Below the pieces are notes generated by a model. It did no database searches, was not told the origin of the DNA, and saw only the letters and a list, made by a program, of their open reading frames with translations. Made by a program: the position numbers and the translations under genes. A stretch of 63,957 nt of DNA, the filler included, from Atractiella rhizophila (taxonomy: Eukaryota), in NCBI GenBank assembly GCA_021432655.1. It is 12 parts of 9 records of this genome, joined end to end, with 100 filler letters (N's around TTAATTAATTAA, not from the genome) between each part and the next. Parts side by side here need not be neighbours in the genome. Positions count along the whole stretch, not along the records: positions 31,270 to 36,668 come from MU272110.1; positions 36,769 to 46,202 come from MU272111.1; positions 46,303 to 48,482 come from MU272112.1; positions 48,583 to 54,712 come from MU272112.1; 8 more parts are not named here. One strand, given 5' to 3'. Below are positions 35,029 through 48,889 of this stretch, one piece after another; the first letter of the stretch is position 1, and the number at the start of each line of letters is the position of its first letter.

Positions 35029-36668
35029 ATGGCGCTCCAAACCAGACTCCCACAGGTCATCAATGCCGCTCTCTCCCCTTTCACAAGTGCAGAACAGAAG
35101 CAAGAGGCGTATGCTTTCCTGGAGCAAGTGAAACTAGCAAGCGCAGCCGAATCCACTTGGAAGGAATGCCTAGCTTTGTTCACGCAGGGAGGAGAAGGGG
35201 TTGGGCCGGAGTGCAGGTTGTACGCTCTCCAGGTTGTGGATGAAGCTTTGGGCAATCGGTGCGCGTTTCTTCAAACCGTCAAGACGTGATCGGTTGGCTT
35301 GTTCTCTTTCCCTGTCTTCGAATTGCTATTCAGCACTTTCACGATTATTTTAAATTACGGATCGACCATTTTCTGGTGCATGAGACCTGTGTGTATCAAG
35401 CTCCATCTGCTGCCCGCCACCTCTTGACATAACAGTAGTTCGTTAAGGTGGCGGCGTTGTTCTTTGTACGAGATGAATGGTTGACCTCACTGTCTCCTAA
35501 GATATAACAAAAGTCTATTGCTCTGGGTCATCTACAGCTCTTTGATTTCATATTGAGGGTCAAATCTACCTGAAACTGCTCTTTGTGCACTGAAGCGATC
35601 CCCAGGCTATTCACTGCCTCTTATCTCTCTCAATAGGATCGATTTGTTGTGTGGACAAAGTACTCTGAGACTGACTTCGACCTGTGCGTTCATTTTAGGT
35701 TCGCAGAAGTAGCAAATCAGCAGAATTTGGTCGAGACGGTCCGTCAAGAGCTATTATTATACCTGTCTCGTGTTTACATCGAAGGCAACAGAGAGGAAAC
35801 CAATTGTTTGGCATTCCTTCAATTGCGGCGCCTTTCTCTTACTTGAGCGAACAGACATTAAAAACAAACTTGCACAAACTCTCTTCTACCTCTTCATGAG
35901 AACCTACACTACCACTTTCCCCGATTTTTTCACCGTTTTCATCGCGCAAATTCGCTCCTCTTCAAACTCTGCTCCCTCTACACCTCACGCCAGAGGAGGA
36001 CAGTCTCTGAATCCTCGTCTCATCGACCTGCTCTTACGCATATTGCACGAAATAGCAATGGAACTCTCGGATGCCATTCTTCGAGGAAACAAATCCCAAG
36101 AACGCCTGGCGATAGATGCCGCTTTGAGAGACAATGTGAGGGCAAAAGACGCACCACTCATCGCGAAAACCCTATGGGAAATCGTGACGGAATATTTGAC
36201 TCGAATTTCGATTGCCCGCAATGCGAAAGCTGAGGAAATGTTGGAGATGGTGGTCCGTGTAGTTGCGGATTACGTTCGTACGGCCGCAATTCCCAATAAT
36301 CCCTTTAGCTAATGCGTTTGGGGAAACAGCTTGGATTGATATCAACCTCATGGTCACGCCAACCACGGTGCCACTAATTCACAACTGCATTTACCCCTCC
36401 TTCGCCACCTCCACGCATCCTTATTATCCCATTCGAACTGCAGCAGCAGATGCCCTGATTGAAACGGTTTCAAAAGGGATGCCTTCCGGCGACAAAGTAG
36501 AACTAATCAACGCGCTCCAACTCCCCGAGCTGCTCAATTCTTTAGTCACGATAGGGAGGGAAAATGGTGCATCTGAAGGGGAAGAGTCTCTGGAAGTCTT
36601 TCGAGAGAAGCTTGCGAAACTACTCAGTAGCATAGGAAACCAGCTATTCCTCATTTTTGACGACTCAA
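35029..36668 (+). CDS. LOS1: Exportin-T (tRNA exportin), N-terminal part
   Basis: KQEAYAFLEQVK, CRLYALQVVD, IKNKLAQTL..F...Y...FPDFF, WIDINL and ALIETVSKGM...K. Confidence 0.88.
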
Positions 36669-36768
36669 NNNNNNNNNNNNNNNNNNNNNNNNNNNNNNNN
36701 NNNNNNNNNNNNTTAATTAATTAANNNNNNNNNNNNNNNNNNNNNNNNNNNNNNNNNNNNNNNNNNNN

Positions 36769-37629
36769 AGACTACAAGCGAAGAATAGGAAGCGAGATTT
36801 GGATCGACTGTCGTCCAGCCGCACCACGGCATGAGAGGATCTCAAGAGCAAATGAAATGCCGGTTTACATCAAAACCCTCACCTCTCAGACGTTTACAAT
36901 ACGTATTTGCAGTTGGGAAACCATAATGGATCTCAAACTCAAGATACGTGACGTACATGGCATCCCCCCAGATCAGCAACGACTCATCTTCGCCGGAAAG
37001 CAACTGGAAGAGGAAAGAACGCTTTCAGGTAGGTGCTGGATCAGAGTATCCTAAATTGCTAACAGTAGTAAAGACTACAACATTCAAAAGGAGTCGACCA
37101 TCAGTCTTGTCCTTCGTCTGAGAGGTGGATGGGCACCACAGCCACCAATGGGGTTTGGAGTAGGGGGCCAGATCAAGCAGAATATTTACGAAGACAGAAA
37201 CAATCCCCGTGTCTATGACCAAGTGTCGTACGACCGCGTTTGGATTCATACAGTCTCTCCTGCTCAATGGAAGGTCTCGTTTCACTCTGCTTCCCAATTG
37301 CATAGTGTTGATAAAACGTTTTTCAGAGCATCACTGGATTGGACCCTCCTCCGTGTCCTGTTACACAAACCGTATACCAAGAGAAAAACATCCCATGGTT
37401 CGATATCTACGACGACGCCCCTACTCTCGCCCCTCCGTACCCCGACGTCCAGCTTATCAAACCTGTGAGTATGGTAGAAGATTGGAACGAAGAACGACAA
37501 ACGATTGAGGAGTTTGCCATCAAGAATGGAGATGTCATCACTTATCACCTCGCTGAGGATAGAGTTGGAGGACTTGTCAGAGCGTCATCCTCGAAGGGGG
37601 CAGAAGCGGATGATATTTGGAGTTTCTAG
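36769..37629 (+). CDS. Protein with an internal ubiquitin domain followed by a conserved C-terminal domain (probably 5' truncated)
   Basis: YIKTLT...[42 protein letters not shown], then [23 protein letters not shown]....PWFDIYDD. Confidence 0.85.
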
Positions 37630-38623
37630 TAGCTTTTCCGACCAGGGGTTGACACATGCCGCTACTAACCTGTTGATCAAATTTTCAGACTCAAGTTCAT
37701 CTCAAACTGCAAATCCTTCTCCCCCCCCCGATAGTCAGACAAAGCTAGAACCTGGTTCATTTATTCAGCGCGGGTTCCGAACCAACATTTTGACAATTCC
37801 GTGATCTATTTGTTTCGATTTTTGGTAGAAGATTCCAATAAGTAGCCGAAAGTTTAGCGGGCGACCAGTCTACCGAATAGCACTCGTCGTATTATCATAG
37901 AGAGCACTTTGGGTGAATATTGAGAACGAGCCCTGGTTTCGTCCTGGAAACTTCTAAGCCCTCCTATTTGTGAACGGAAGATGCGCTAATCGATATTTAC
38001 GCTCTCGTTATGGCTCCAGTACTCAACAGGTGATTATCACACAACTGACCATGCAACAAAGCTTGTAAGTTTATGTCGCGATAATTCTGCTTTGCTCATC
38101 TCCTGCCGAATGGCTCATCCCTGAAACTGTGGCCTGATCTCAGGCTCTGAGCTGCAAAGTCTTCTTCAGGGCCGAAAATCAAAGGAAGAACTTCGGCCAG
38201 AACAGAAAGATTTCGATCAGGATGCGGGAGCAGAGAGAGGACACGCCTCAGAAAGTGTGTATTGGTCTGTATCTGGCGAAGGCGATAGATTTAGACGTCC
38301 TGAAACTACGCAGTGGCAATAGGGTCATACAACGGGAAGATTCTTGTCGGCTCATGATGAGACTGTTCGAGAAAACCATTTTGAATGGTGGCTTGACAAA
38401 GCGTCGAGATTTGTCAACAGGCAGGCTCCAGTAAAGCTTTAGCAGTATGGCAACTCGGTTTGCAACGGTCTCACTTTCCTGCATCACCGAATAGAAGCTT
38501 GAGAGGTAGTTTTGCACAGGAGCAATTCGGACTGCAACGACGGCGGCCATATAAGGCAAGATGCCATGCTACAGAAGTCCTAACATCTCAACACTCACAC
38601 CCAATATCTCTTAACACGTGGAA

Positions 38624-39828
38624 ATGACTGGTAGAATTAGCTTGGTCACAGGAACATCTGGCGGATTGGGCGTAAGTGCGCTTGAACCTCTGAGACTATT
38701 CGCTGACCTGTTGGCTCATCACAGCTTGAGTTTGTCAGTCAGCTATCGAGAAATCCGGATGATCTTGTTATTGCGCTCTCGCGAAACCCATTTTCGTCTC
38801 CGAAACTACAAGCCATTGCGTCCGAACGCAAGAATGTTGTGCTCGTGAAAGGGGATACAACGGATGATAGCAGCATGAGGGTCGCCGTCGAGGAGGTTGA
38901 GAAGAACATTGCAGGGAAGGGTCTCGATCTTCTCATTGCTAAGTACTTCTTTCCATTTCCTTCCTTCGACTTGAGTTGAAGCAATTCCTTTAGTGCAGGA
39001 GCAGCGTCTCCTAGCACTACTCAGAGAGGTGCCTATGAAATGGCCGTGGAACCTTTCTCCACTGCGCCTCTGGGAGATTTCATCAAGTTGGTACGCTTGC
39101 CAATTTTGCAGTGTGTTAGGAAGTTCAAGGGGGGGGGAACAGTTCGAAGTCAATGTGGTGGGAAGCATCAGAACCGTCAATTCTTTCCTACCTTTGGTTA
39201 AGAAGGGCAACGAGAAGAAAATAATCCTAATTTCGACTACGCTTGCCTCCTGCACATACGTAGACGTTAATAATCACATGGATAATTCGATTGGCAGTTT
39301 TGGCCCTTATTCTGGTACGTTTTGTTTGCCATCCATTGATTTACATTGGGATCAGACACTCACACTCATGATCACAGTTTCGAAAGCCGGTTCGTCCCCT
39401 TCTTTCTTTTTCGAACGAGCATGTCCTCAATACCCGAAGTAGCCCTTAACATGGCTGCCAGAAAGTACGCGGTCGAGCTGAACAAAGATGGAATCACTGT
39501 TTTAAACGTTGCCCCTGTAAATCATTTCTCAGTAATCGAATCATGTGACTGACCATTTGCGTTTGTCGTAGGGCTGGATAAAAACAAATCTGTGAGTCTC
39601 TCTTCCTAATAAACGCTTGACAGGATTCAAATTTCCCCCCTTCCGTTACAGGTCTGGAGCAGACATTGTACGCCATGGATTTATTTTACGATCTAGTTGA
39701 CGGTTTTACAGGCCCCTCTTGAACCCGGCCCTGCTATCGAAAAGGTCATTAAAAAGATTGATACAATTTCATTGAACGACTCGGGCAAGTTTATCGATGC
39801 CTCAGAAGAGAAGGTCGTTCCTTTCTAG
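38624..39828 (+). CDS. Short-chain dehydrogenase/reductase (C-factor-like)
   Basis: LVTGTSGGLG, LDLLIAN|AG, FEVNVVG, PYS|VSKA|ALNM (YxxxK) and P|GWIKT. Confidence 0.9.
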
Positions 39829-41155
39829 GAGAGATAAATGGGTTCTTGCCACTTTGTACGTAGGCACGAATACTACAATGCATTTGATAAAGAGACGACA
39901 TTTTGAGTACTTTGCTTTCATCTGCATCATCGTATATTTTCTTCACAAATCTCTCTCTTTCAAAGATTCCATCCATTTCCCACTCCACATTGTCAACCAC
40001 ATCCCTCTCGCTCTTCCCATGCCAACCCAACTTCCTCAACCTCGTAGCTCTACCCCTACTGTTCCCACCAAATTGAATAATAAGGTACCTATTCCCTCCA
40101 AACACGTCACTCCCGAAGCTCTTTGCCCTCCCTTCCTCTACTTTCCCCCTCGTTTGCAGCGCCATCCCGATTGCCTCCGCAATATCCCTCCATCTGTGTT
40201 CTCCAGTTTCGGCGAAATAGTAAAGGGAAGAGAGGTCGGGAGTGGATGAGACAAGGTTGGTGAGAATCAGCAGGTAACCGTCGACGAGGGCCTGGATCGA
40301 AATGTTGTCTGTTTCGAACCTCCTTCAGCCGCCCTTGGGACGCAATAAAGGGCTAACTTACTCCAGTAGGCTTCTCCTTTCCCCCAATAGCCGGAGTATC
40401 CTTCCTTAACCTGAGTACTACAATGAAGCCACCGTGTTCCGACAATAAATGAGGACGCACCGCCAGTTCAGTGAGAATGGGAATCTGAATGCTACGCTGA
40501 TTGAACGGTCCCTCCCCCTTTCCATAGATGAGGGGAGGAAGAACGATCTGGATCCTCGCGCCACTTCCGCCCTTCTTCTCGTCGACGAACCGTTTGATCT
40601 CCAAGTCGATCTCTCGATGTATGTTCTCCGTTGTCAACCTCTCATCCATTGCTGAAGGCACAGAATCGTCGTGGATGTAAGTAGATTCCTCTCCGTTGTC
40701 CATGTTGCAGAGCACACCAGTGCCGCTCGTGTGGATGTAGACGACTGGTTTGGATAGGTCGGAGCGGGAGGCGATGCCTGAGAGAATGGCTGGGGCGGAA
40801 GGGAGGTCGTCCGCGGTGGCTGTATGGATTATCTGCCGCAGAACAAATGTCAGCGGGTCCTTTTCGATTCATAATTCCGGAGGTTGTTCCTGTCCAAGAC
40901 CAAGAGAGAGCGAGATGGGTTCAAAGGGAAGGGACGTACGACATCGCTCTTAATTGTCTGTTCCTTGATCACATCGAAATCTGCCAACGACCCTTTAATC
41001 GGTGTTACACCCAACCCCTTCAAGACAGTGGCTTGCTCGTCCCTTCTAGTCAGGGCGAAAAAGTCAAATTTCTCTCTATGCGTTTCGAGGAGGCGGGTGA
41101 GAAGGGTGCCACCGATGAAACCTGTGCCAATTAGGAAAAGTGATTGTTTTGGCAT
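39791..41155 (-). CDS. NAD-dependent epimerase/dehydratase-like (extended SDR) protein
   Basis: LIGTGFIGGTLL, IIHTATADD, YIHTSGTG, PPLIYGKGEG and NSRGRATRLRKLGW. The 3' end is uncertain. Confidence 0.88.
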
Positions 41156-42136
41156 CTTGTTCGCACTCTTTTGATAGGTGTGTTTGTAGGCAGTTTGTGA
41201 CGGCCTCTCTCGAGAATCGAAGGAATTACTTTCGGCTCTTATATACATTCAACAGCGTAATTTTGATGATCGTCATAGTACCGTCCCCGCGTCCAATCAC
41301 TGTTATTACTTTGAATGAGGCAGCCCTCGGCAGCATACTAGGATGCACCAGATCACAAAGTGTGAGGGGCGGAAGTGGTGCAGTAGCTTTCAGGTAAAGA
41401 TGAAGCCAAAACAGTTATTGATGCTCGCCAGCGAGAATGACCGGGAGGGCAATATCGGCCAGAGGTTCTTGGGCGAATTTCGAGAGAGTTTCTTGTGGGA
41501 CTGATCATCGCTCATCGCTCAAGCTGTCACGGCGCCATCCTGCTCACATTTCCACTACTTTGAACTCGCTCTATGTCATACGAATGGGAGGTCTGCCTCC
41601 TTCCGTATTTCGTGCACCCACGACCGCTTCAAGGACGTTGAACAACTCTCTCTTCGGCAGCGCGGGTTTTGGAGCGTGGACCTGAAATTTCCTAAATGGT
41701 CACCTTTTGTTCAACAAAAACGCTAGCCATTTGCGTTCTCACTCTCAAGTTGCATCGTACTTCAAGATGCTGTCTAGACAATACGAAGCAAAGGGACAGT
41801 ATCTAGCAACATCGTTTGTTCTACTTTTGAAGTTTGGTACCGTGACTGCCCTGCATAAAATAGGGACCTTGGATATTTAGCACATCACTTAGATAATTGT
41901 AAATCTGTTGAGGTAGATGGCGCATACATGAACACCCGTGTCCTCTAAAAATATATATTGATGCAGTACGCCGGAGCCAAGAAGCGTCACAATTATGGGA
42001 TTTTGACTCTTCCCCTTCTAAGATTATCTCTCTAAGCCCATGCGACACGGACCACGACGGTAGTAACCGTGATGCATACTCTTGGTCGGCAAGGCACAGG
42101 ATGATATGAATCAGATCTCCAGCGTCAACACTCACT

Positions 42137-43026
42137 TCACTCAATCACCTCAACCTCGACCTCCTTCCCCTCCTTCCTCAACCTAATGCTGTCCAGGACC
42201 TTTCCCCCTGCCTTTCTCCCCTTAACCTCCTGCTCCAACCTACGACCATCTGTGCCGACGATAGCCCACGCCTTTCCGACGACGAGGGATTGAGGGACGG
42301 GCCCGAAAGTGCGAGAGTCAATGGAGAAGGAGGGGGAGTCGCCTTCTAGCCAGAGGTGAGATTTGGGAACGAGGATTCTTATCGTGTCTTCCTCATTCGA
42401 TCCTCCATTCCGTTGTTCCTTCCGTTTTGAGTTTGGTTGTGAGGAGGAAGAGGCAGAGTAGTCGGAGGATGGGAAGCGCCAAATGCCGTCGTAGTCGACC
42501 ATGCTAGGGTTGAGACGGCTGGGAGGGACGTACTCGATTACGTCCCCTTCGACACCGACTATTCGCTTCATTCCACACCCTTGTGGGTGCAAGGGCAGGG
42601 AGTAGGCGACCAGTTGGCCGCGATGGAAGGCGCTTAGGTTCTTTAACGAACTGATGAGCGATTTTTTCGCTGTCAGTGTAGGAGAAGTAGAAGGGGAGGA
42701 AGTGCTGCAGGTCGATGAGGTAGAGGAAGAGGAAGGGAGACAAGCGAGGAGACGAAGGAGGACAGGGCGGACGATGAGAATGGCGTGTCCAGTGGTGAGG
42801 GTCGGGTACATCGATTGGCCTACGCACTTTGGAAGGGCTTTTGAGGCTAGGTTATGGCTGAATGGGATGGTGGAGAGCGACGCACGGTTTGGACAGTGAG
42901 GAAGTGGGTTGTGAATAGATGAAGAGTGCAGGAAAGGGGGATGAGTGAGAGCAGCCCGTATGTAATTGGGCGGATAATGTTGGGTTTTAGCGGCTTGTTC
43001 GGACGAAGCGCCTTGAGGAGAGCCAT
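42137..43026 (-). CDS. Mitochondrial inner membrane peptidase subunit (IMP1/IMP2, S26 family)
   Basis: GQSMYPTL (catalytic Ser), MKRIVGVEGD (Lys) and VPKSHLWLEGD...SIDSRTFGPVP..LVVGK. Confidence 0.9.
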
Positions 43027-43269
43027 CCTGAATATTACTTCTGACTTGCGTATTACCAGATTATTACTGGGATGTGTGTTATTTGAAATTGAAGCAAGGA
43101 AAAGATTATGGGCCGTGCGGAGGAAAGAGTTTGTACAAACGCGAAGGGTTCTAGTTGAACCGTTGAAGAGGGACGGTTCATAGTGAGCACTTCCTTTTCA
43201 TTCTTTCCTTCTTTGTAGGCTGCTGAAATTCCATACTTTATTGTAACACATAATGTAGATAATTAATTG

Positions 43270-44450
43270 CAAGCTTCGTGTATCAATCGCCCTCAGGCTC
43301 GTCAACCCGATCATCTCTGCTCCCATGCTCTGTTACTACGCTCAGAGCCTTATGAAGTACCTCATCAGCTACCTCCCAAAGAATAACCTAATTTTCAAAG
43401 AATAACCTTGGTTGACCTTGTAGAACCAGTGGATGAAATGCGGTAGCTCTGAGCAATCCGTCACCAGGTAGGCAAGCTCAACCAGCTTGACCTCCGTCGT
43501 CTTAAGAGTGCCGAGGAATTCACCGTAAACTTGAACAAGGTTCGATGTTTCTGCTCCGCCGTCAAGAATGAGATAGGTTAGATGTACAAGGTGTGACCAA
43601 TCGAGTGGTTCGTGCAGGAAAGAAAACGGAAAGAGTACTAGCGCTAGTTTTCGCAGGCTAGATGGCAAAGAGCCGATAGAATCAGGGAGGAGACATACAT
43701 CGATAAGTCGAAGCTGCTGAAGAGTATCTGGGAGGTGGGAGAGCTATTCGTCGGGATGGAAATGGCAGCTGGTGACGTCTAGGGTTTCTAAGTGAGGAGT
43801 TAATCGATGGAGGCTTGATCCCAGAGGGGCAGCGGACGAAGGAGAGCCCCCCGTATCATAATTGAGACGTGTAATCTTCCCCTCGTATTCCGAAGAAAGT
43901 GCCCCATATCCTCTTTCTTCCACCTTCTTTCAGGACCGACATGTCCAAAGGTAACCCACTCAACCCTCCCCAAGCTTGCAATTGCAATTAACACCACCTT
44001 CGCCTCCGCTTCATTCCACAATGGCCTCATGCAAACCTCCCTAACATTCATTGAGCCGGCAATAACTTCTTTCACCATCTTGACATTTTTGTCATCTCCG
44101 ACTTGCTCGAAGTTAAGCCTCTTCCACAGACGTCCTGCACCAGGATACCGTTTCAATCTATCATGTTTCTCAACCGCACTCCAGGGCTCCATCCAATAAG
44201 GAACCGAAAAGAAGTTTCTAAGTATGGCTGACTTTCGAAAGCTCGGATACTTCCTCCTCGCCATCGTCGAAACTGCTGTGAAAAGTGTCCTTCTGGAGAA
44301 AGCCGAAGATAAGAGAGAGGACTTCGTAGGGAGCTGAGAGATATAGCACCTTATCGCAGAGAGAGAGTTGGATGACGACCGAATCCAACAGGTTGACAGG
44401 CTTGGAATACGAGGATAGGTCACTGACAGGGACGAGGCGCTGTGGGTGCA
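43270..44450 (-). pseudogene. F-box/RNI-like gene, apparently frameshifted
   Basis: The F-box-like motif ISQLP/YEVLSLIFGFL needs a frame change at ~44330. Downstream repeats resemble LPDTLQQL, PSSLRKL and LVHLTYLIL. Confidence 0.45.
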
Positions 44451-45860
44451 GCTGACAGAATCAGGTGGTTCAGGCCAACAGTAGGCGACGGGGGTGACAA
44501 TAGCATGTGAGCGATGTTCTGGGAGGGGAAAGGTGTGAGTGAAGCGAATCGTTTGTGGTGGAGTCCCAAGGAAACAATCGTATCCTGTCTTGTGATCGGA
44601 CAAGCGACACATCAAGTTTCTAATTTCGAGCGTTGATAAATGACGAGGTGTTGGATGAGACAAATCCAAAGCTGCAGCTCCTTCACCCTCCCCAAAAGTT
44701 ATCATGAAATTGTTCAAACTGTAGGTGATGTAGAGGTTCGCTACGCCGTCGCTTTCGACCTCATTTCCACTTTCGATACCCTCAAGTGAGAAATGGAACA
44801 ATCTCGAGGATACCATGGTAGGCGTCCAATGTATCCTCGCCAGAGGTAAGATATAGGAGACGCGAAGGTAGAGGAGACGGAAAACTGGGAAGAATGGACA
44901 GGGACAGAGGACTGTGATGCTCTGGTGCGATGATGTCAAGAAGTCCCATCGGGGACGGTTGCAGAGAACCTTCGAAGGGGATTAAACGTTGCGGCTCATC
45001 AGCGTGGACTATAACCCATAAACGATGTTTGATGCGAAGATGAAGGGCAAATAGATCATGCCTGGGCTGCATCCTCAAACAATGCGACTTCAGCCATCTT
45101 TGATCGTCTCTGCAGGATGTCTCCAAATCGAGACTGTGTGGTTGTGGAAAGGGAACAAATGCTGAGAATGGGAGGTTATGGCAGGTCGATGGATGGGATG
45201 GATTTGACTTTGTAGGAGCTCCGTGTCCGGACGTAGATCAGCAAATTCTAGCGAATGACATTCAAAAGATCTACACCTTCTTCTGCGGGATGGCCCCTGG
45301 TCCCATAGCGGTTCGCGTTGGGTTCTGACATCAAACATCCAAGCCGCACGGCTTTCACCGACGCCATTCCTCCATCCTCCTTCGTCCCTCACCTGGACAA
45401 TAATACCATTTCGAATGGGTGAACTTTAGAGTAAATCTTCAAGCGTGAGAACGTCCCTGACAAACAAAGCTTGGAAAGTTCGATTTTCGGTTGGTGCAAT
45501 TGAAACAAGTGGAGAAGCATAGTGCGACGCTGCAATGGGAGCGACTAAAATTTGAAATTGAAACAAGGAACTAGGAAAGATGCTGGTTGATGCATATTAA
45601 TACGTTCTTCGTCGAAAGCACAGACTTACACGTTATATATTATTGGAGGCAGGACCTCTCACTTGCCTCCGCGTACCCACAAGCACTATTGCTAAGCAAA
45701 CATGGTGCGTCATCTCTGCAGCTGCTGGAAAGACTGGGGAAAGACGTAGTCTTGGCTACTTATTACTTCAATACCCTACAACATATATAGTCACAACCAT
45801 TTCCATTTCTATTTCATCCCATCTACCAACAAAACTGATTAGCTGACTAACGGACTATGT

Positions 45861-46202
45861 GATGTGTTTCCAGTCCCTCTTCGGCCGTCGCAAGCGTCCC
45901 GCTCCCCCACTCACGCCGGAGCCTCCACCTCCACCACCCTCCCTGCCGGCTATTCACAGCACGCCCTCCCTCCCGGAGCTCGCAAGGACCTATGGAATCT
46001 CTCTTCCACCTCAACAGGTGCCACAAAAAGGTGGGAAAGCGCCAATAAGCGCGGAAGGGGAGCGGGGACGGAAATACCACTACCCTCCTCGCGTCTCTGG
46101 GGATATTCAACGGTCCCAATCTGACTTAGGACACGGAGGAGGTGGAGATGGAGGGAGACCGTCGAATGTGGGAAGCGTGTCGGTGAATGGACATGGAAAG
46201 AG
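45861..46202 (+). CDS. Hypothetical Pro-rich protein, N-terminal part
   Basis: Open frame from an ATG to the contig end. Confidence 0.45.
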
Positions 46203-46302
46203 NNNNNNNNNNNNNNNNNNNNNNNNNNNNNNNNNNNNNNNNNNNNTTAATTAATTAANNNNNNNNNNNNNNNNNNNNNNNNNNNNNNNNNNNNNNNNNN
46301 NN

Positions 46303-46640
46303 GGGAGTTCGGACGCGGAGGATGAGGGAGTGGGAGGGTCTGCATCCGATTCGGTCATTCCAGAACGCCGCCTTTCTAGTTCCGGCGGTTTGAGGAGGAG
46401 ATTTGCCGCAACCTTTGATAGATGTACAGGAATATAGATGACTTCTTTCGTTTGCACGGAGTCTTGAACCTGTATACATTCCTCAATCTTTTGTCTCATG
46501 TTTGAGAGTTACGACTTACCCATAAACGGTTATATTTGCGAATAATAGATGGCGCAATTCCATATTTGAGGGACAATGATGCTAAGCTGTCTGCGGGTGT
46601 AACCTGGTCATGAGCACAAATGAGTACATACTCCTCTAAA
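46303..46640 (-). CDS. LysM-domain protein fragment
   Basis: VTPADSLASLSLKYGIAPSIIRKYNRLW|..DSVQTKEVIYIP. Confidence 0.75.
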
Positions 46641-48889
46641 AGAAGTGGAAAATCGACGATGGGATACGGTTTGTTATAGTGTAGAGGGAGAAGGTGACCA
46701 AGGAAGTGCACCCCGAGCTTTAAAAATGGAGGGCAATGCTTGTGACTTCTGTGCACAACATCTCAAACCTTCTAGTTCAATGCTCTCTCAACTACTCGAA
46801 AGCCATAACTTTACTCCTAAAACTGACGCAAGTAGGTAGAGACTCGACCGGAAGAATAGGAGACAGTGTATACCACCACGACCAAGTGCCGAGATCGACT
46901 TTGACAGTAACACCCGCCACCATCGACAACGCGCGGCGCAAGTGACTCCGACTCCCATCCCAATGCACAGCTAGCATCGTTCCACCATGTACTGCAACTT
47001 TACAGGATATGAACCCCTCAATCTGATACGCGACATGGTACAGACAGTTCTTGTTATTCTGAATAGCAGCGCAAAAATACAATCCTTTAGTGCAGCTGCT
47101 AAGGGTTCCTGTCTTTCGCCATGTATTTAGAGCTTTCAATAAAGCCAAGGCGACTGAACGTGCAATCTGGGAATGCTTGAGCTCTATAAATTATCTAGAC
47201 CTGCCTCAACGGTTTGCGCTATCAAATGGTGGTACCATTATTGAAATGTACAAGTGAGCAAAAACTGGCATCATGAGGATGAGCATAATGGTAGTCCTTG
47301 CACGCTCTGCTTTTCTATAAAGAGTTATCAACGTTATCCTCTGCAATCGGTCTTTAACGATTGACCAGAGCACAAGCTCCTTGTGCCACCGGAATCCATG
47401 CTGGATGACCTCTGCGTTCTCCCAGCGTACAACCATAGCACACAACAGGATGCGTGTTCCCAACATCAAATGTTCAAAAGGCATTCTTCTTCCCCAATTG
47501 ACGCAAACCACAGGAACGCACCTTGTGGACGACCACCTTCTCTTTCCCCTTCCCATTCCCATTCAGGCTGTTCTTCCTCTCAATCAACCCCTCCATGAGT
47601 CCTCCCCCGAGAATGTCTTCTCTCTCTCTCTCTTTCCCCTTCCACTTCCCCTTCATGTCCCCATCCTGACGTTCCTCAACATCCACGATTACAGTCCGTC
47701 TTCGTTGCGTCAACGAGGGCGACGGCAAGGGGGAAGGCGTGCGAGATCCAGAGCAGTCTGAAGCGTTTAGAGGGTCCATGATTCTCTCTCTTAGGAGCGC
47801 TAAACGTAACTAGAATGGAACTGCGAGAACTGAAACAGTAAAGGTTGGGACAGGTCGTGTGAGACTAGCCAAAATCACCGGATAGTCATTATCTCCGGCA
47901 GGCCCTGCATCCATTCCTGTTTCATTTCCCAATAAATAAATGCACACATTCTAGGTGATACTATTTAGATGATAACGCGTCTGAATACGCACAGGCTGAA
48001 AATCTGTATGAGCTTCTGAATGGCGATATGGCAAGCCTTCCTCTACGATTCAAGATCCTTCCACAGGCCAGAGCTCCAACAAATCCAGTCTGCTGCCTTT
48101 CAGTTTCTCTCAACGAAGTATCTTTGATACGAATAATAGATCCAGAGCGTGTAATTCCACATTCCTCTCCTCTTATTCCGATTCGCTGACATTGTGCGCT
48201 CTAGGGAGAGCCTTTTGTTGCCGCTTCCCTCCTCTTCGCCTCGCAGGGCTTAACGCCTCTGGAAGGTCTCCACCGATTCTCACTTACGTTTCACGAAGAT
48301 TATGAACGCGAATTAGGCGGTATGGAGCCGTGGGAGGACATTTGGCTTGTCTTCCCAGCCGCAATTCGGCTCGCGAAGGCAATGAAGGTGTTTGAGAAGC
48401 TGAAGGGTTTTCTGGACTGGAAAAGTCGTGGTTGTTACTCCATATATGATGCCGAACAAGGCGGCATCGTTCATAACTGGAGNNNNNNNNNNNNNNNNNN
48501 NNNNNNNNNNNNNNNNNNNNNNNNNNTTAATTAATTAANNNNNNNNNNNNNNNNNNNNNNNNNNNNNNNNNNNNNNNNNNNNCGCACAGACGTCGGCTAA
48601 ACCTCAAACTTTCCCCACTGTCTTGTCACGGATGCTTTCTTTACCTGGATCATGTCCTTCCTTTGATGGAGCTCTCTCATCTAGCAAAGCAGTCTGAGGT
48701 AAGGAGAAAGTGTTTCTCCCTCCCTCACAATGATGTGAGTATTTATTGTCGACTTTCCCATCACTGTCGCTCAGCGGGTTCACAGTTAGCTCCTCTTTAG
48801 CCTCGCTCACCTTTATTTTCCATTTAACTAACAGACGATCAATCTTTAACGCTCTTAAATTAAAGTGAACAGCCCGAACAAAGATAAAA

